Notes: generated from the letters alone by a model not told the origin. DNA of 64,000 bases from Halobacteriovoraceae bacterium (GCA_963719505.1 CAVRCF010000005.1:800001-864000), one strand, 5' to 3'; numbered from the stretch's first letter, positions 10,016 through 20,763 are shown. Program-made: numbers and translations.

Positions 10016-11134
10016 TTAAACGTGCATCTGTGAATTATAATTTTTATCAAACTCTTTATAATAATCTTCGAATCTATCGTCAAAAATCGCCTCTCTCGCC
10101 TCTTCAACCATCGTCAGATAGAAGTGGAGATTGTGATAACTGATCAATTGTCCAGCAAGGTACTCTCCCACATTAAATAGATGTCGTATATAAGAACGTG
10201 AATATCTCGAACAAGTTGAACAATTACACGTTGGATCTGGTGGAAGTGGATCTTCTTTAAATCTTTCCTTCTTTATATTGAGGGGTCCATGCTTGGTGAG
10301 AAATTGTCCGTTTCTAGCATTTCTTGTCGGGAGGACACAATCAAACATATCAATTCCAGCACGGATACCATTGAGAATATCAAGAGGCTTTCCAACCCCC
10401 ATAAGATATCTTGGTTTTTGCTCCGGCATTTTAGGAGCAAATGAATTGAGAAATGAGACCATCTCTTCATTTTTCTCGCCCACAGAGAGTCCCCCAAGTG
10501 CATATCCAGGAAAGTCCATCTCCATAAGCCTCTCCATGCATTCCTGTCTGAGGTCCTCATGAAGACCCCCTTGAATAATGCTAAAAAGATGTTGATGACT
10601 TTGAAGCTCATAGTCTTTGCACCTTTTGGCCCAACGAAGAGTAAGTTCCATACTTGTTCTCAGAGTCTCTTTTGTCGCCGGAAGCTTTGGACACTCATCA
10701 AAGATCATAACGATGTCTGATCCCAAAGCTTTTTGAATTTCCATCGATTTCTCTGGGCTGAGCATATGATAGCTTCCATCAATATGAGATTGAAACTTCA
10801 CACCCTCTTCGCTCACTTTATTTAAGTCACTTAGTGAAAAAACCTGAAATCCACCTGAGTCTGTTAAAATAGGTCTATCCCAAGTCATCCATTTATGAAG
10901 ACCACCCATTTTTTCAATAAGTTCATGTCCAGGTCTCAAGTAGAGATGATAGGTGTTTCCCAAGATAATTTGGGCGTTCATTCTCTCAAGATCTTCTTGC
11001 CAAAGACTTTTAACAGAACCTCTAGTCCCTACCGGCATGAAGATAGGAGTTTTAATTTCTCCGTGACTTGTGGTCACTGTTCCCGCTCTGGCCTGGCCTG
11101 ACTTTGCCTCTAATTTGTAAATAGGGTTTTTCAT
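10016..11134 (-). CDS. tgt: Queuine tRNA-ribosyltransferase
   Basis: TPIFMPVGT, NTYHL, LTDSGGFQVFSL, DMFDCVLPTRNARNG, CxCxxC zinc site. Confidence 0.98.
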   Translation of the reverse strand: MKNPIYKLEAKSGQARAGTVTTSHGEIKTPIFMPVGTRGSVKSLWQEDLERMNAQIILGNTYHLYLRPGHELIEKMGGLHKWMTWDRPILTDSGGFQVFSLSDLNKVSEEGVKFQSHIDGSYHMLSPEKSMEIQKALGSDIVMIFDECPKLPATKETLRTSMELTLRWAKRCKDYELQSHQHLFSIIQGGLHEDLRQECMERLMEMDFPGYALGGLSVGEKNEEMVSFLNSFAPKMPEQKPRYLMGVGKPLDILNGIRAGIDMFDCVLPTRNARNGQFLTKHGPLNIKKERFKEDPLPPDPTCNCSTCSRYSRSYIRHLFNVGEYLAGQLISYHNLHFYLTMVEEAREAIFDDRFEDYYKEFDKNYNSQMHV

Positions 11135-11137
11135 AAT

Positions 11138-12199
11138 TTAATCTCTTATGATGATCATTCCATCTCCATAGGAGAAAAAACGATAGTCGTTTTCAATTGC
11201 TATCTTATAGAGTTCTAGTGCTTTTTCTCTTCCTATCAAAGAGCTTACAAGCATTAGCAAGGTACTTTTAGGAAGATGAAAATTTGTGATCAGACCTTTA
11301 ATGGAATGAACTTTTTTTCCAGGATATAAAAAGATATCAGTCGCTTGAAACCCGTCAGTCTCTTTAATAAAGCCTCTATCATCACTTTGGCTTTCAAGCA
11401 CCCTTAAAGATGTTGTTCCTACCGCAATAATATTTCCTTGATGAGCTCTTATACTCTTTAAAGCCTCTTCATCAATGCTATAAAACTCTTCATGCATGGA
11501 GTGTTCAAGTATGTTTTGCGTTGAGACAGGTTTAAATGTCCCCGCTCCCACGTGCAAAGTGACAAAAGACTTATCAATTCCCTTCACCTTAAGTCCCTCA
11601 AAAAGTTCAGGAGTGAAATGCAGTCCGGCCGTTGGCGCTGCAACAGAGCCCATCGTACCAGCATAGACTGTTTGATAATCCTCTAGGTCTTTTTCATCGG
11701 CAACTCCCCCTCTGATGTAGGGAGGAATAGGTATTTTTCCAATCTTCTCTAAAGTCTCTAGAAGCTTTTCATCACTCATATTAAATTCAACATAAAAGGA
11801 TCCATCGTCAGAAATATTTGAAAGAGTCGCTATGAGACCCCCAAAAATAAAGCGGTCACCAATATGTTTTTTTCCACTTGTCTTAATAAGAGCGGGATAA
11901 GAATTCTTAGTTTTTATCAGCGACAAGATGAAAACTTCACAACGCCCACCGGTTGGCTTCACCCCAATAAGTCTGCAGGGAAAAACTTTTGATTCATTGA
12001 GAACAAGATGGTCTTTTGGATCTAAGATATCGGGTAAATCAAAATAATGACGATGCTCAACGCTGTCAGTTTTTACTCTGTAAACTAAGAGCTTTGAATT
12101 TTGCCGACCAGCAACTGGCCTATCAGCAATTGAAGCTTCAGGCAGGTCATAATCATATGACGCTAAGAGTAAATCAGGATTTAACGGATTGTTTTGCAT
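11138..12199 (-). CDS. queA: S-adenosylmethionine:tRNA ribosyltransferase-isomerase
   Basis: YDYDLP, PIPPYI, GSVAAPTAGLHFT, TLHVGAGTF, TNFHLPKSTL, YRFFSYGD. Start uncertain (12199 or 12217). Confidence 0.97.
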   Translation of the reverse strand: MQNNPLNPDLLLASYDYDLPEASIADRPVAGRQNSKLLVYRVKTDSVEHRHYFDLPDILDPKDHLVLNESKVFPCRLIGVKPTGGRCEVFILSLIKTKNSYPALIKTSGKKHIGDRFIFGGLIATLSNISDDGSFYVEFNMSDEKLLETLEKIGKIPIPPYIRGGVADEKDLEDYQTVYAGTMGSVAAPTAGLHFTPELFEGLKVKGIDKSFVTLHVGAGTFKPVSTQNILEHSMHEEFYSIDEEALKSIRAHQGNIIAVGTTSLRVLESQSDDRGFIKETDGFQATDIFLYPGKKVHSIKGLITNFHLPKSTLLMLVSSLIGREKALELYKIAIENDYRFFSYGDGMIIIRD

Positions 12200-12229
12200 T
12201 GCTCTGATTCTTAGCATAAAATATCGTTA

Positions 12230-12574
12230 ATGAGAACGACAATAATGACATTTATACTATTGATTTCGGTATCTTCTGCCTCCACAATCGACTGGACTCG
12301 ACTTGAGATGGAGATGGACTATTTGGAAGCAGATAAGCCCGACTCTGTTGGTCTGGCAAAAATTGAATCTCAAGATGAAAGACCTGTTGACTCACTCTCT
12401 CTTCGAAGAAAAGCCATCGATGAAAAAGATGGCATTATAGATCTTGAACCTCTTTTTGACGAAGTAAACCTAAAGCAGGCTTCCCCGGTTAAAGAGCAAC
12501 CTAAAAAGTCTGAATCCTCTCAGCGAATAGATGGAACTCTCTCAAAGGATGCCTTTGAGAGCTTAGTTGACTAA
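12230..12574 (+). CDS. Exported hypothetical protein
   Basis: Signal-like N-terminus; acidic mature part. Confidence 0.6.
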   Translation: MRTTIMTFILLISVSSASTIDWTRLEMEMDYLEADKPDSVGLAKIESQDERPVDSLSLRRKAIDEKDGIIDLEPLFDEVNLKQASPVKEQPKKSESSQRIDGTLSKDAFESLVD

Positions 12575-12615
12575 AAGACAAATTTTCCGCTTTCCGGAAT
12601 ACTCTTAAAAAAATT

Positions 12616-12641
12616 TAATTAAGTCCCAAGAAATTTCGATA
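12616..12641 (+). promoter_or_regulatory. FliA (sigma28)-like promoter
   Basis: TAAT-N16-TCGATA upstream of 12670. Confidence 0.5.
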
Positions 12642-12669
12642 AATCCTTAAACGTAACAAAGGATTTATT

Positions 12670-13368
12670 ATGAAGAAGTTTCTTGGAACCATGATGGTTG
12701 CCCTCTTAACTACAACGACTGCTTTTGCCACTACAGATCTCGATGTCAAAGTTGAATTAAACTTTGATAAGTCTACTGATGTAAATTCTGTAGATAGCCA
12801 ATACTTAAAATTTGTTCCTGAAAATTGGAGATTTCCAAGCTCGACTAACCTCGGAAAACAACAGAAAGAAAAGTTCGTCGCAGCTTTAGACCTTATGGAA
12901 GAAGTTGTTAATCATGAAGACTTTAAGTCCATGATCCTCTCATATGAAAAAGAAAAAGGTGTTCGTGAATTCCAAAAAAATTATCTTTGGAGAGATACCG
13001 AAACAAAACTCTCGAACGAAGATATCTATAAAATTATCATGAATGGTGATGAGAAGATGAGAGATAATACTCTTGGTGAAATGAATTTTAACTCTTATGT
13101 TAAAATCTGTAGTGGTATTAGAAAGTGGGGAGTTTGGTGTCGTAAAGTGATAGGCTCAACTGACCCTTATAACAGCAAGTGGATTAAACTAAACTGGAAA
13201 TTCTACCAGCAGTTTGATACGCCAAAAATGATCAATAATATGACTCATGAGTGGCTTCACCTCTTAGGTTTTCTTCACGGAAAAGATAATATGAGAAAAG
13301 AAGTCCCTTATGTTGTTGGACAAATTGCTGAAGTTGTCGCTAGAAAGATTATAGCTGAAAGAAAATAA
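12670..13368 (+). CDS. Secreted zinc metallopeptidase-like protein (HEXXH)
   Basis: Signal peptide ending AFA; THEWLHLLGFLH zincin motif; VPYVVG. Confidence 0.75.
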   Translation: MKKFLGTMMVALLTTTTAFATTDLDVKVELNFDKSTDVNSVDSQYLKFVPENWRFPSSTNLGKQQKEKFVAALDLMEEVVNHEDFKSMILSYEKEKGVREFQKNYLWRDTETKLSNEDIYKIIMNGDEKMRDNTLGEMNFNSYVKICSGIRKWGVWCRKVIGSTDPYNSKWIKLNWKFYQQFDTPKMINNMTHEWLHLLGFLHGKDNMRKEVPYVVGQIAEVVARKIIAERK

Positions 13369-13374
13369 AAGAAA

Positions 13375-13614
13375 TTAAAGAATAGAAAAATTTCGGTAGA
13401 GTTCGAGCTTTGCGACGACTCTATCGATAAATTCTTTTACGGCAATAAAAGCCCCGTAAGAGCGTACCTGACTTAAAAGAAATTCAAACAAAGCCGTTAA
13501 CATTTCAATCGCTGGTTCAAGGTTAAACTTCTTTACCAAAAAATCCACAAGACCACTCGCCTCTTCAACCTGGTTTTTATTGACAACGTAGAGTGGATTT
13601 TTATTTTTACTCAT
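13375..13614 (-). CDS. Small hypothetical protein coupled to ParA
   Basis: ATGA overlap with the ParA stop; predicted helical. Confidence 0.7.
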   Translation of the reverse strand: MSKNKNPLYVVNKNQVEEASGLVDFLVKKFNLEPAIEMLTALFEFLLSQVRSYGAFIAVKEFIDRVVAKLELYRNFSIL

Positions 13615-14465
13615 TGTAGTTCCCCAAGTTTTGCTTCAACTGCATCTGCCATGGTTAAAAATTGCTTTTGCAGCTCTTTATAGTCACTTGCTTCAAAATC
13701 AAAAACCGATTTTTTTGAAGACATACTTTTTGCAAAACTTGCTTTATTTTTAAAAGGCATAAAAACTTCTGCCTCATTAAACCTATCTTTTATTTTTTCA
13801 AAATCAATATTTGTCTGTTTTCTTCTATTTTCAAAAAGATTTGGAATATAACCCAAATTTCTCGGTGTTGTTGTGATTCCCATGTCATCGATATCCTCAA
13901 CGACCTGTTGAATATTTCGAAGACCCTGTTCTGAAAAAGAATCGGGGATAAAAGGATAAAGGACACCATCTGTCGCACAAAGAATATTCACCACAATTAA
14001 ACCTAACGTTGGAGGTCCATCGATAACAATATAGTCATAGATTGAATTGAGGTTATTTTTTTCAATAAATCTTTTTAAAATTAATTGTCTTGGAGCACTT
14101 ATTCCAGCAACTGTTAACTCAAATCCAGAGAGTTCTTGTCCCGATGAGATCAAATCAATATTTGGTTTTACCGTCTGAATAACTTCACTGAGAAGACAAT
14201 TTGTGTGAAGAGCACGAAGCTCTTTGATTGAATTTATAAGAAGATGAAAAATATTTTTGTCTGTCGTGGGAGCACTAAAAAGGCTGGTAAAATTAAACTG
14301 AGGATCCATATCAATACAAAGAACTTTGTGTCCTTTTGCCGATAAGGCATGGGCCATATTGAAGGCCATCGTGGTTTTCCCCACTCCACCTTTTTGATTC
14401 ATCAACGCGATAACCTTACCGCTTGGGGCTTGTTCATTTTCAAACTTCTTTAAAAATTTTAACAT
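13611..14465 (-). CDS. ParA/Soj-family ATPase (no parB nearby)
   Basis: Deviant Walker A NQKGGVGKTT, IDMDPQ, YDYIVIDGPPTLG. Confidence 0.92.
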   Translation of the reverse strand: MLKFLKKFENEQAPSGKVIALMNQKGGVGKTTMAFNMAHALSAKGHKVLCIDMDPQFNFTSLFSAPTTDKNIFHLLINSIKELRALHTNCLLSEVIQTVKPNIDLISSGQELSGFELTVAGISAPRQLILKRFIEKNNLNSIYDYIVIDGPPTLGLIVVNILCATDGVLYPFIPDSFSEQGLRNIQQVVEDIDDMGITTTPRNLGYIPNLFENRRKQTNIDFEKIKDRFNEAEVFMPFKNKASFAKSMSSKKSVFDFEASDYKELQKQFLTMADAVEAKLGELQ

Positions 14466-14619
14466 TTGCTCATCCTTGGTACCTATACGCTAAGATTAGA
14501 GGGACCTTACGTCAATAATTTTAGGCACTAAAGACATTTTTGTCCATAGGAGTTTTTCTCTAAGTCCATGAAATGACGTTATACCTCTAGCATTACCCAA
14601 GTGAACCTTTCAACCATGC

Positions 14620-14645
14620 TAATATTTATAAATAAGTATCCGAAA
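14620..14645 (+). promoter_or_regulatory. FliA (sigma28)-like promoter
   Basis: TAAT-N16-CCGAAA. It lies inside the over-extended ORF 5' end, supporting a start at 14682. Confidence 0.5.
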
Positions 14646-14681
14646 AGACTAATAGGATACACAAGCGATAAGGATTTGCTT

Positions 14682-17600
14682 TTGAAGTTTTATGGATTGA
14701 ATATTCTATTCATCATTATTGTTGCGATGGCATGTAATGTCGCGCCTCAAGATTCGCAAACTCCAAAGAGTGAGAGTAATGCTGTTGATTTTCCAACGCT
14801 TAATTATAATCAAAAGTTTTCTTTTAACACCGCTGTTGAAACGACAACAGAGACAAATGGTGTTTTTACAACGATGCTAACCAGAACGGGTGCAAATTTT
14901 CCACAAACTCAAAATGTTATAATGAGATTAGGTGGAACAGCTGAAAACGAAGATCTCTCTGCCATTCTTGTCAACGGTGCCCCCGCTGTTTTTATTTCTT
15001 CAACTCAATTTATAGCAACCTTTCCTGAGGGAACGAATTCACTATCAGTCTCACTTGTCACATTTGACGACACGATTTTTGAAGAACAAGAGTTTTTTAA
15101 AATATCTCTTGAACCAAATGGAAGAGATTATGGGATTACTGGTAACACGGAGTTTTCTGTCATCATTAATGATAATGATCAATACCCTACAGCTTCTTTT
15201 GCAACATCTACCTATAGTGGAAATGAGGGTACAAATATAAATGTGACAGTTTCCGTTTCAAATCTCACCGAGGGCGACATTCATATTCCTATAGTCTTTG
15301 ATGCCTCTGGAAGTACAGTCACTCAAAATGATACTAATTTTTCAAATCAAACACTCGTCTTTAATCAGACAACGGGTATGGTTCAACAAATTAGTATTCA
15401 ACTTTCAAATGATATCTTCAATGAGCTCGACGAAGTTTTAAAACTAAAAATTGAAACCCCGTTGCAAGCTATCGTAGGACCTATTCCATCGACTGAAATT
15501 ACGATCCAAGACTCGGGCGCACTTCCAAGTTATTCATTGAGTTCATCAACCTACTCTTTTAATGAAAGTGGAGGGGGCAATCAGTTTAACCTCGTTTTAC
15601 AAATGACAGGAACGGTTGAAAATGAAATCGTCGTTCCCATCTCAACTGTTATAACAGCGGGAAATATTATTGAAGGAGTTGACTACACCAAGAGTAACTC
15701 AACTTTTATTATTCCGGCTGGATCTACTAATGCGACATCAACCATTACTTTTACAGCAATTGACGATAATATTTGGGAAGGCAATGAATCTTTTGACGTC
15801 AGTATTCCAAACACAACATATGCAAATGCTTTTGGGAATACGACGGCGGCAATAACTCTCAATGATGTGGGAGAAACAGCTCCAACGATCGGCTTTATCG
15901 CGACAAACTATCAAACAACTGAGGGAAACACCTTCCAACTTCCAATAGAACTCGATTTCAGAAGTTCAGTACCTATCACCATTGACTACGTAGTGGATAC
16001 CGTCTCGTTAGACTCCGCAACTCCTGGAACAGACCACTCGCTTTTAGCTTCCGGTACCTTTACGATACCAGCTGGAACGAAAATATTTACTCGCCCCATC
16101 CTCATCTCAAATGATGGAATCTATGATCAAGGCGAAAAAATTAGAATTACCATTTCAAATCCTTCACAAGGATCTATCGGAACGGCCAGCAGCTCTATCA
16201 ATATCAATGAAGCCGGCGGTCTTGCTACAGTTTCATTTGCAACAGCTCTTAGCACGGGAACAGAGGGCACAACCTCTCAGGTTGATTTGACTCTATCTAA
16301 AGTCAGTCAAAACCCTCAAAGTTTTAAAATTTTGGTTGATGAAATTGGCGCGACAAGTTTAGACTTTGACGATCTCGTTGATATATCTGCAAACTGTACC
16401 ATCGCAAAAGATGTGCCGACAGAACATCGATATACGATCACAATCGCCGCAGGTGAAACAAACTGCCCGATAGGCATACCAATTATTACAAATGACGACA
16501 CACTTGATGAGCCAACCGAGGAGATCAGACTTAGAATTCTTCAACCGGAAACTCTTAATATAGGAACTATCGGATTACACAATTTTAATATTGAAGACGA
16601 TGATGCTCCAAGTACTGCAACCCTATCTGTGGCCAATGCCACCGTTGATGAGGGATTAAGTGAAACCTTTACTATCACTTTAGATAAGGCCTCTGGCTTT
16701 GATCTTTATATTAATATTGGAGTCGATGGTTCAAGCCAGGCAACAATTAATACAGACTATACACTTTCAACTCAGTCCGTTCTCATTCAAAAAGGTCAAA
16801 CCACTCAGACGTTTACTTTAGACTCTATAGCCGACGGAAACTTTGAGGACGCAAATGAGTTAGTTGTCCTTAATATTGATGCAGGTCCTAATTACACTAT
16901 TGGTGTGCCGGCAACACAGAGTATAGAAATTACTGAACTTGAATCAGCACCGCTTGTCTCTATAAGAGGGGCTTTAAGTGAAAACTTTAATGAGAATGAT
17001 ATCGTTAATATTATTTTTGAATTAGATAAACCAACATATCAAAATATCCTGGTTCGCTTTGAGCGCAATTTTACAGGCACCTTTTGTGACACTGCACCAG
17101 CTCCTCCTGTTGCTCCAAATGAGTGTGCTATCATGGCAGAAGATGTGCCTGAGTTAGATGCACACGTGGGTTATGTCATTATTCCAGCAGGATCAACACA
17201 AGCGAGTTTAAGCTTCAAGATCCTTGCAGATAATCTTTTCGAACTGGATCGCCCAGAAGCTTTTGAGATCGCTCTGGATAGTGTCTCTGCTGCAAATACC
17301 TATACTGTTGATGGATTAGGAAACCCTGACGTCATTACACCCTATCCTACCATTGCTCCAGGTGCTGTCACAGCGAAAGAGATTATTATCACTGATGTGG
17401 ATGTTCCAAGTGTTGCTCGCTTTATCGGTGATAAATTTGTTGTTAAGAATGAAGGAGATGCTACAAGTTTAGTGATTCCATTCTTTCTAACAACTCCTTC
17501 TGCACAAGATACCACTTTTAAAGTTATGATCAAACAAAGTGAAGATACTGAAACCTATAAACCAGATGCAAATGACTTTACCCCTGGGGCAAATTTTTAT

Positions 17601-20552
17601 GACTTAACTGAACCATCTGGTACACAGAATGTCGGTACCGAGATAAATCCAGGACGCCCAGCGACCGCTTTGGATTATTCCAGTTCTGATAATATAATTT
17701 ACCAAAGACTTGTGACGATCCCTGCTGGTGAGAGCTCTTACAATATTGTTCTAGATCTCAATAGCGGTGATACTATCTATGAGAATATAGAACAATTTAT
17801 TGTCGAGATCGACGTGGATGATATTGCTCCTCCAACTTACTACCCTTACACCGTCAATAACGCTCATAATACTTTTGTCGTTAATATTATAGAAAAAGAT
17901 GCTGTGCCATCGGTTTCTTTGACGACGTTGCCATTGGATCAACCCGAGGGACTGGATAATACAACTGCAGCTGGTGATGCAGGTGTTTCGGCTATTCAAG
18001 TAGCGGCTGATGGTACGGCAGCACAAGCCCTTACAAAAACAAGTCTAGATTTTGCTTTTACCGTCTCAGCTTTTCATCAACACGAAGCGATGACTTTTAC
18101 ATTGGCCTTTACCGGCTCAGCGAAATTTATTGCAAACTACACGACTAAAGATCAGTTTATGACAGAAGACTATATGTTAGATATTCCAGGACCTACGGGA
18201 AATACATTAATTAATAGTTCGGGATCATCGATTGAATTTACCATACCGGCAGCTTATGACGATGCTCCAACACTAACAGAGACGATAACAACTTTAATCT
18301 TTGCGGATTTTCAATTTGAAACTGATGAAACTATTATTGCAACATTGCAAGATGCCGACATTATCACTTTAGGCTCTCCTGCAAGCCATACTTTAACTAT
18401 TGAAAACGATGATAAGCCACCTGCACTTGTGGCGTTGATAGATGAACAGTCTTTTCCTTTTACTATGGAAGAATCTGAAGGTTTAAAAACTGTCGATGTT
18501 TACCCTTCAGATGACGCTGGTGTTTTCACCGGAGAATTTATCACAGAAGTCCCCTTCACATTGGCCGTTGAAGTCGAAACGTCAAGACGTCAGACAGTAA
18601 GTGTTACTCCTTATGCAAATATCAATCTATCAATAAATGAAGCCTCTGCTTTTAGAACATCTTTTGATGTTTCACCAACTCTCACAGGAGACTATAGAAG
18701 ATACAGGCAAATCAATTTAAACTTTGACCCTGAAGATGGAAAAACCTCAAATGATTTAGGGATGACAAGTCAAATAACACTAGAAGTTCCAGAACCAAAA
18801 CTTGCACTTAGTAAATCGGGAGATACCGTTGGAACAAATTTTAAAGGTCACACTTGTTCTCTCTATAGAGGTCAGGTGACCTGTTTTGGAAATAATGAAT
18901 TTGGGCAATTAGGACGAGAAAATACAATAAACTTCGGAGGAAATCCTTCTGATACAGTTACCTCTCAGGCACAAGTAATCAATTTTGGGGTCAATAACTT
19001 TGGTGTCGCCCACTATATAAAAGACATCGCCCTTGGTAAGAACCATACTTGTGTTTTAACCTCTACAAACGAAGTTAAATGTTTTGGTGATAATCAATTT
19101 GGTCAACTGGGTTATGGAAATACATCGAACTACGGTGATACCACCGGCTCAATGGGAGCATCTTTACCAACAGTTAATCTAGGATCCACAGATGAAGTCG
19201 ATTCTATCATCGCTTTAAACCACTCAACATGTGCCCTTATGGGTGGAACGACAATTAAGTGTTGGGGAAAAAATGATGTGGGTCAAGCGGGAATTGGAAA
19301 TATCGATGATACCGATATTGGCTCTAGCTCATCAGAGATGAGTACTAACCTCACCCCAGTTACTTTTTCAGGAGTCGAAATTGACATGATCGCCGGCGGT
19401 GGAGAGCATGCCTGTGCAAGAATTACAAATACAAATGAATTAAAATGCTGGGGCCGAAATGTTGAAAGCCAATTAGGTTTAAATAACTCCCTCTTTGTCT
19501 TCAGTGATCTCAATCACGGAGACGAGCCAGGCGAGCCAGGGTTAAGTGCCAACTTAAACACAGCACTAACCATCACAAGTATGAGTCTGGGTCAACGCCA
19601 TACATGTGTCACTTTTAGTGGAGCAACCTTTAATACCAGATGCTTTGGTGACAACAGAGCAGGACAACTTGGAATGGGAAGAACCTTCTCTTTAGGAAGA
19701 GACCTCAACCCTCTTTACACAAGTACACCAAGTAATATTCTATACTACCTAGGTTCTAGCATAAACTTTCAAGGCTATGAAGACCTCGAAAGTATTGGCG
19801 ATAGCGCTTCACCTGGAAATGTTCCTGTCGCTGCCATCACAAATAACCAGTACGTTCAAATTCGTGAACCCGCAAGCTCGCTTGCCTCAGGAGACTCACA
19901 CACATGTGGGACTTACGATCATTACTATAATCAAACGGGTGTGAGAACACTTGGAAAAAATATTAGATGTTGGGGATCAAGTTATAAATATGGAACGACT
20001 CTCGAGACTGGAGCTCTCAATAATATTGGAACAAGTGACGACTTTGGGGGTATCTGGAATTCAGTTCAATTGAGACCCTACCCTTTAACAGCTGGCCAAA
20101 ATGATATCTACAAACAAAACTTAAGATTTATTGGCGATGGAAGCTATAATAGTAATGGGGCTCAAAATCCTCTCTATACTTTTGTCGAAAATTCTTTTTT
20201 AGCTGATCACGAGTATGGCTGGGTTAGCAATTTTTTTACCGATGGAGCCTTTAGAACCTTAAACTTTGAACTCAATTATTTATATTCTATGAGTCGAGAC
20301 TCACTAAATATTTGGGCCAATGGCATTGATGACATAAAAGTCTACTCAGGTGGTGAACACGTCTGTGCGTACCTAGAAGATACCTCTCAAAATCAATTCG
20401 AACAGATTAATGATCGCTATCAATTTATGTGTTGGGGTGCCAATGCCAATGGACAAACTGGAACGGCCACAGCGACCTGTGCAAAGCCTGGATCGAGCCT
20501 TGCTTGTGCCAATACAGCTCTTCCCCTTCGAAAGCTCAATTACACCTATTAG
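14682..20552 (+). CDS. Giant lipoprotein adhesin: Calx-beta repeats plus C-terminal RCC1-like repeats
   Basis: TTG start after AAGGA gives MKFYGLNILFIIIVAMAC (lipobox). Repeats ending IxDxD with DxxxExxE motifs; HTC...CFGxNxFGQLG repeats. Confidence 0.85.
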   Translation: MKFYGLNILFIIIVAMACNVAPQDSQTPKSESNAVDFPTLNYNQKFSFNTAVETTTETNGVFTTMLTRTGANFPQTQNVIMRLGGTAENEDLSAILVNGAPAVFISSTQFIATFPEGTNSLSVSLVTFDDTIFEEQEFFKISLEPNGRDYGITGNTEFSVIINDNDQYPTASFATSTYSGNEGTNINVTVSVSNLTEGDIHIPIVFDASGSTVTQNDTNFSNQTLVFNQTTGMVQQISIQLSNDIFNELDEVLKLKIETPLQAIVGPIPSTEITIQDSGALPSYSLSSSTYSFNESGGGNQFNLVLQMTGTVENEIVVPISTVITAGNIIEGVDYTKSNSTFIIPAGSTNATSTITFTAIDDNIWEGNESFDVSIPNTTYANAFGNTTAAITLNDVGETAPTIGFIATNYQTTEGNTFQLPIELDFRSSVPITIDYVVDTVSLDSATPGTDHSLLASGTFTIPAGTKIFTRPILISNDGIYDQGEKIRITISNPSQGSIGTASSSININEAGGLATVSFATALSTGTEGTTSQVDLTLSKVSQNPQSFKILVDEIGATSLDFDDLVDISANCTIAKDVPTEHRYTITIAAGETNCPIGIPIITNDDTLDEPTEEIRLRILQPETLNIGTIGLHNFNIEDDDAPSTATLSVANATVDEGLSETFTITLDKASGFDLYINIGVDGSSQATINTDYTLSTQSVLIQKGQTTQTFTLDSIADGNFEDANELVVLNIDAGPNYTIGVPATQSIEITELESAPLVSIRGALSENFNENDIVNIIFELDKPTYQNILVRFERNFTGTFCDTAPAPPVAPNECAIMAEDVPELDAHVGYVIIPAGSTQASLSFKILADNLFELDRPEAFEIALDSVSAANTYTVDGLGNPDVITPYPTIAPGAVTAKEIIITDVDVPSVARFIGDKFVVKNEGDATSLVIPFFLTTPSAQDTTFKVMIKQSEDTETYKPDANDFTPGANFYDLTEPSGTQNVGTEINPGRPATALDYSSSDNIIYQRLVTIPAGESSYNIVLDLNSGDTIYENIEQFIVEIDVDDIAPPTYYPYTVNNAHNTFVVNIIEKDAVPSVSLTTLPLDQPEGLDNTTAAGDAGVSAIQVAADGTAAQALTKTSLDFAFTVSAFHQHEAMTFTLAFTGSAKFIANYTTKDQFMTEDYMLDIPGPTGNTLINSSGSSIEFTIPAAYDDAPTLTETITTLIFADFQFETDETIIATLQDADIITLGSPASHTLTIENDDKPPALVALIDEQSFPFTMEESEGLKTVDVYPSDDAGVFTGEFITEVPFTLAVEVETSRRQTVSVTPYANINLSINEASAFRTSFDVSPTLTGDYRRYRQINLNFDPEDGKTSNDLGMTSQITLEVPEPKLALSKSGDTVGTNFKGHTCSLYRGQVTCFGNNEFGQLGRENTINFGGNPSDTVTSQAQVINFGVNNFGVAHYIKDIALGKNHTCVLTSTNEVKCFGDNQFGQLGYGNTSNYGDTTGSMGASLPTVNLGSTDEVDSIIALNHSTCALMGGTTIKCWGKNDVGQAGIGNIDDTDIGSSSSEMSTNLTPVTFSGVEIDMIAGGGEHACARITNTNELKCWGRNVESQLGLNNSLFVFSDLNHGDEPGEPGLSANLNTALTITSMSLGQRHTCVTFSGATFNTRCFGDNRAGQLGMGRTFSLGRDLNPLYTSTPSNILYYLGSSINFQGYEDLESIGDSASPGNVPVAAITNNQYVQIREPASSLASGDSHTCGTYDHYYNQTGVRTLGKNIRCWGSSYKYGTTLETGALNNIGTSDDFGGIWNSVQLRPYPLTAGQNDIYKQNLRFIGDGSYNSNGAQNPLYTFVENSFLADHEYGWVSNFFTDGAFRTLNFELNYLYSMSRDSLNIWANGIDDIKVYSGGEHVCAYLEDTSQNQFEQINDRYQFMCWGANANGQTGTATATCAKPGSSLACANTALPLRKLNYTY

Positions 20553-20706
20553 TAGGCAACTATTGTAGTCACCCAAACTTTTAAAAACCAAGCCTTAAAG
20601 TACTGATATAGGCTCTAACCTTCTGAAATCATGTAAAAATACTCCAATGCCCCCTCCAATAAGCCCTGTAGCCTGAGAAAATAGATAAGGGAATTATTAA
20701 AGTCTT

Positions 20707-20732
20707 TAAAGAAACGGTTTAAATCACCGAAA
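20707..20732 (+). promoter_or_regulatory. FliA (sigma28)-like promoter
   Basis: TAAA-N15-ACCGAAAA versus consensus TAAA-N15-GCCGATAA. Confidence 0.6.
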
Positions 20733-20763
20733 AGATAATGGGATAAACAAAATTGGGATAAAT

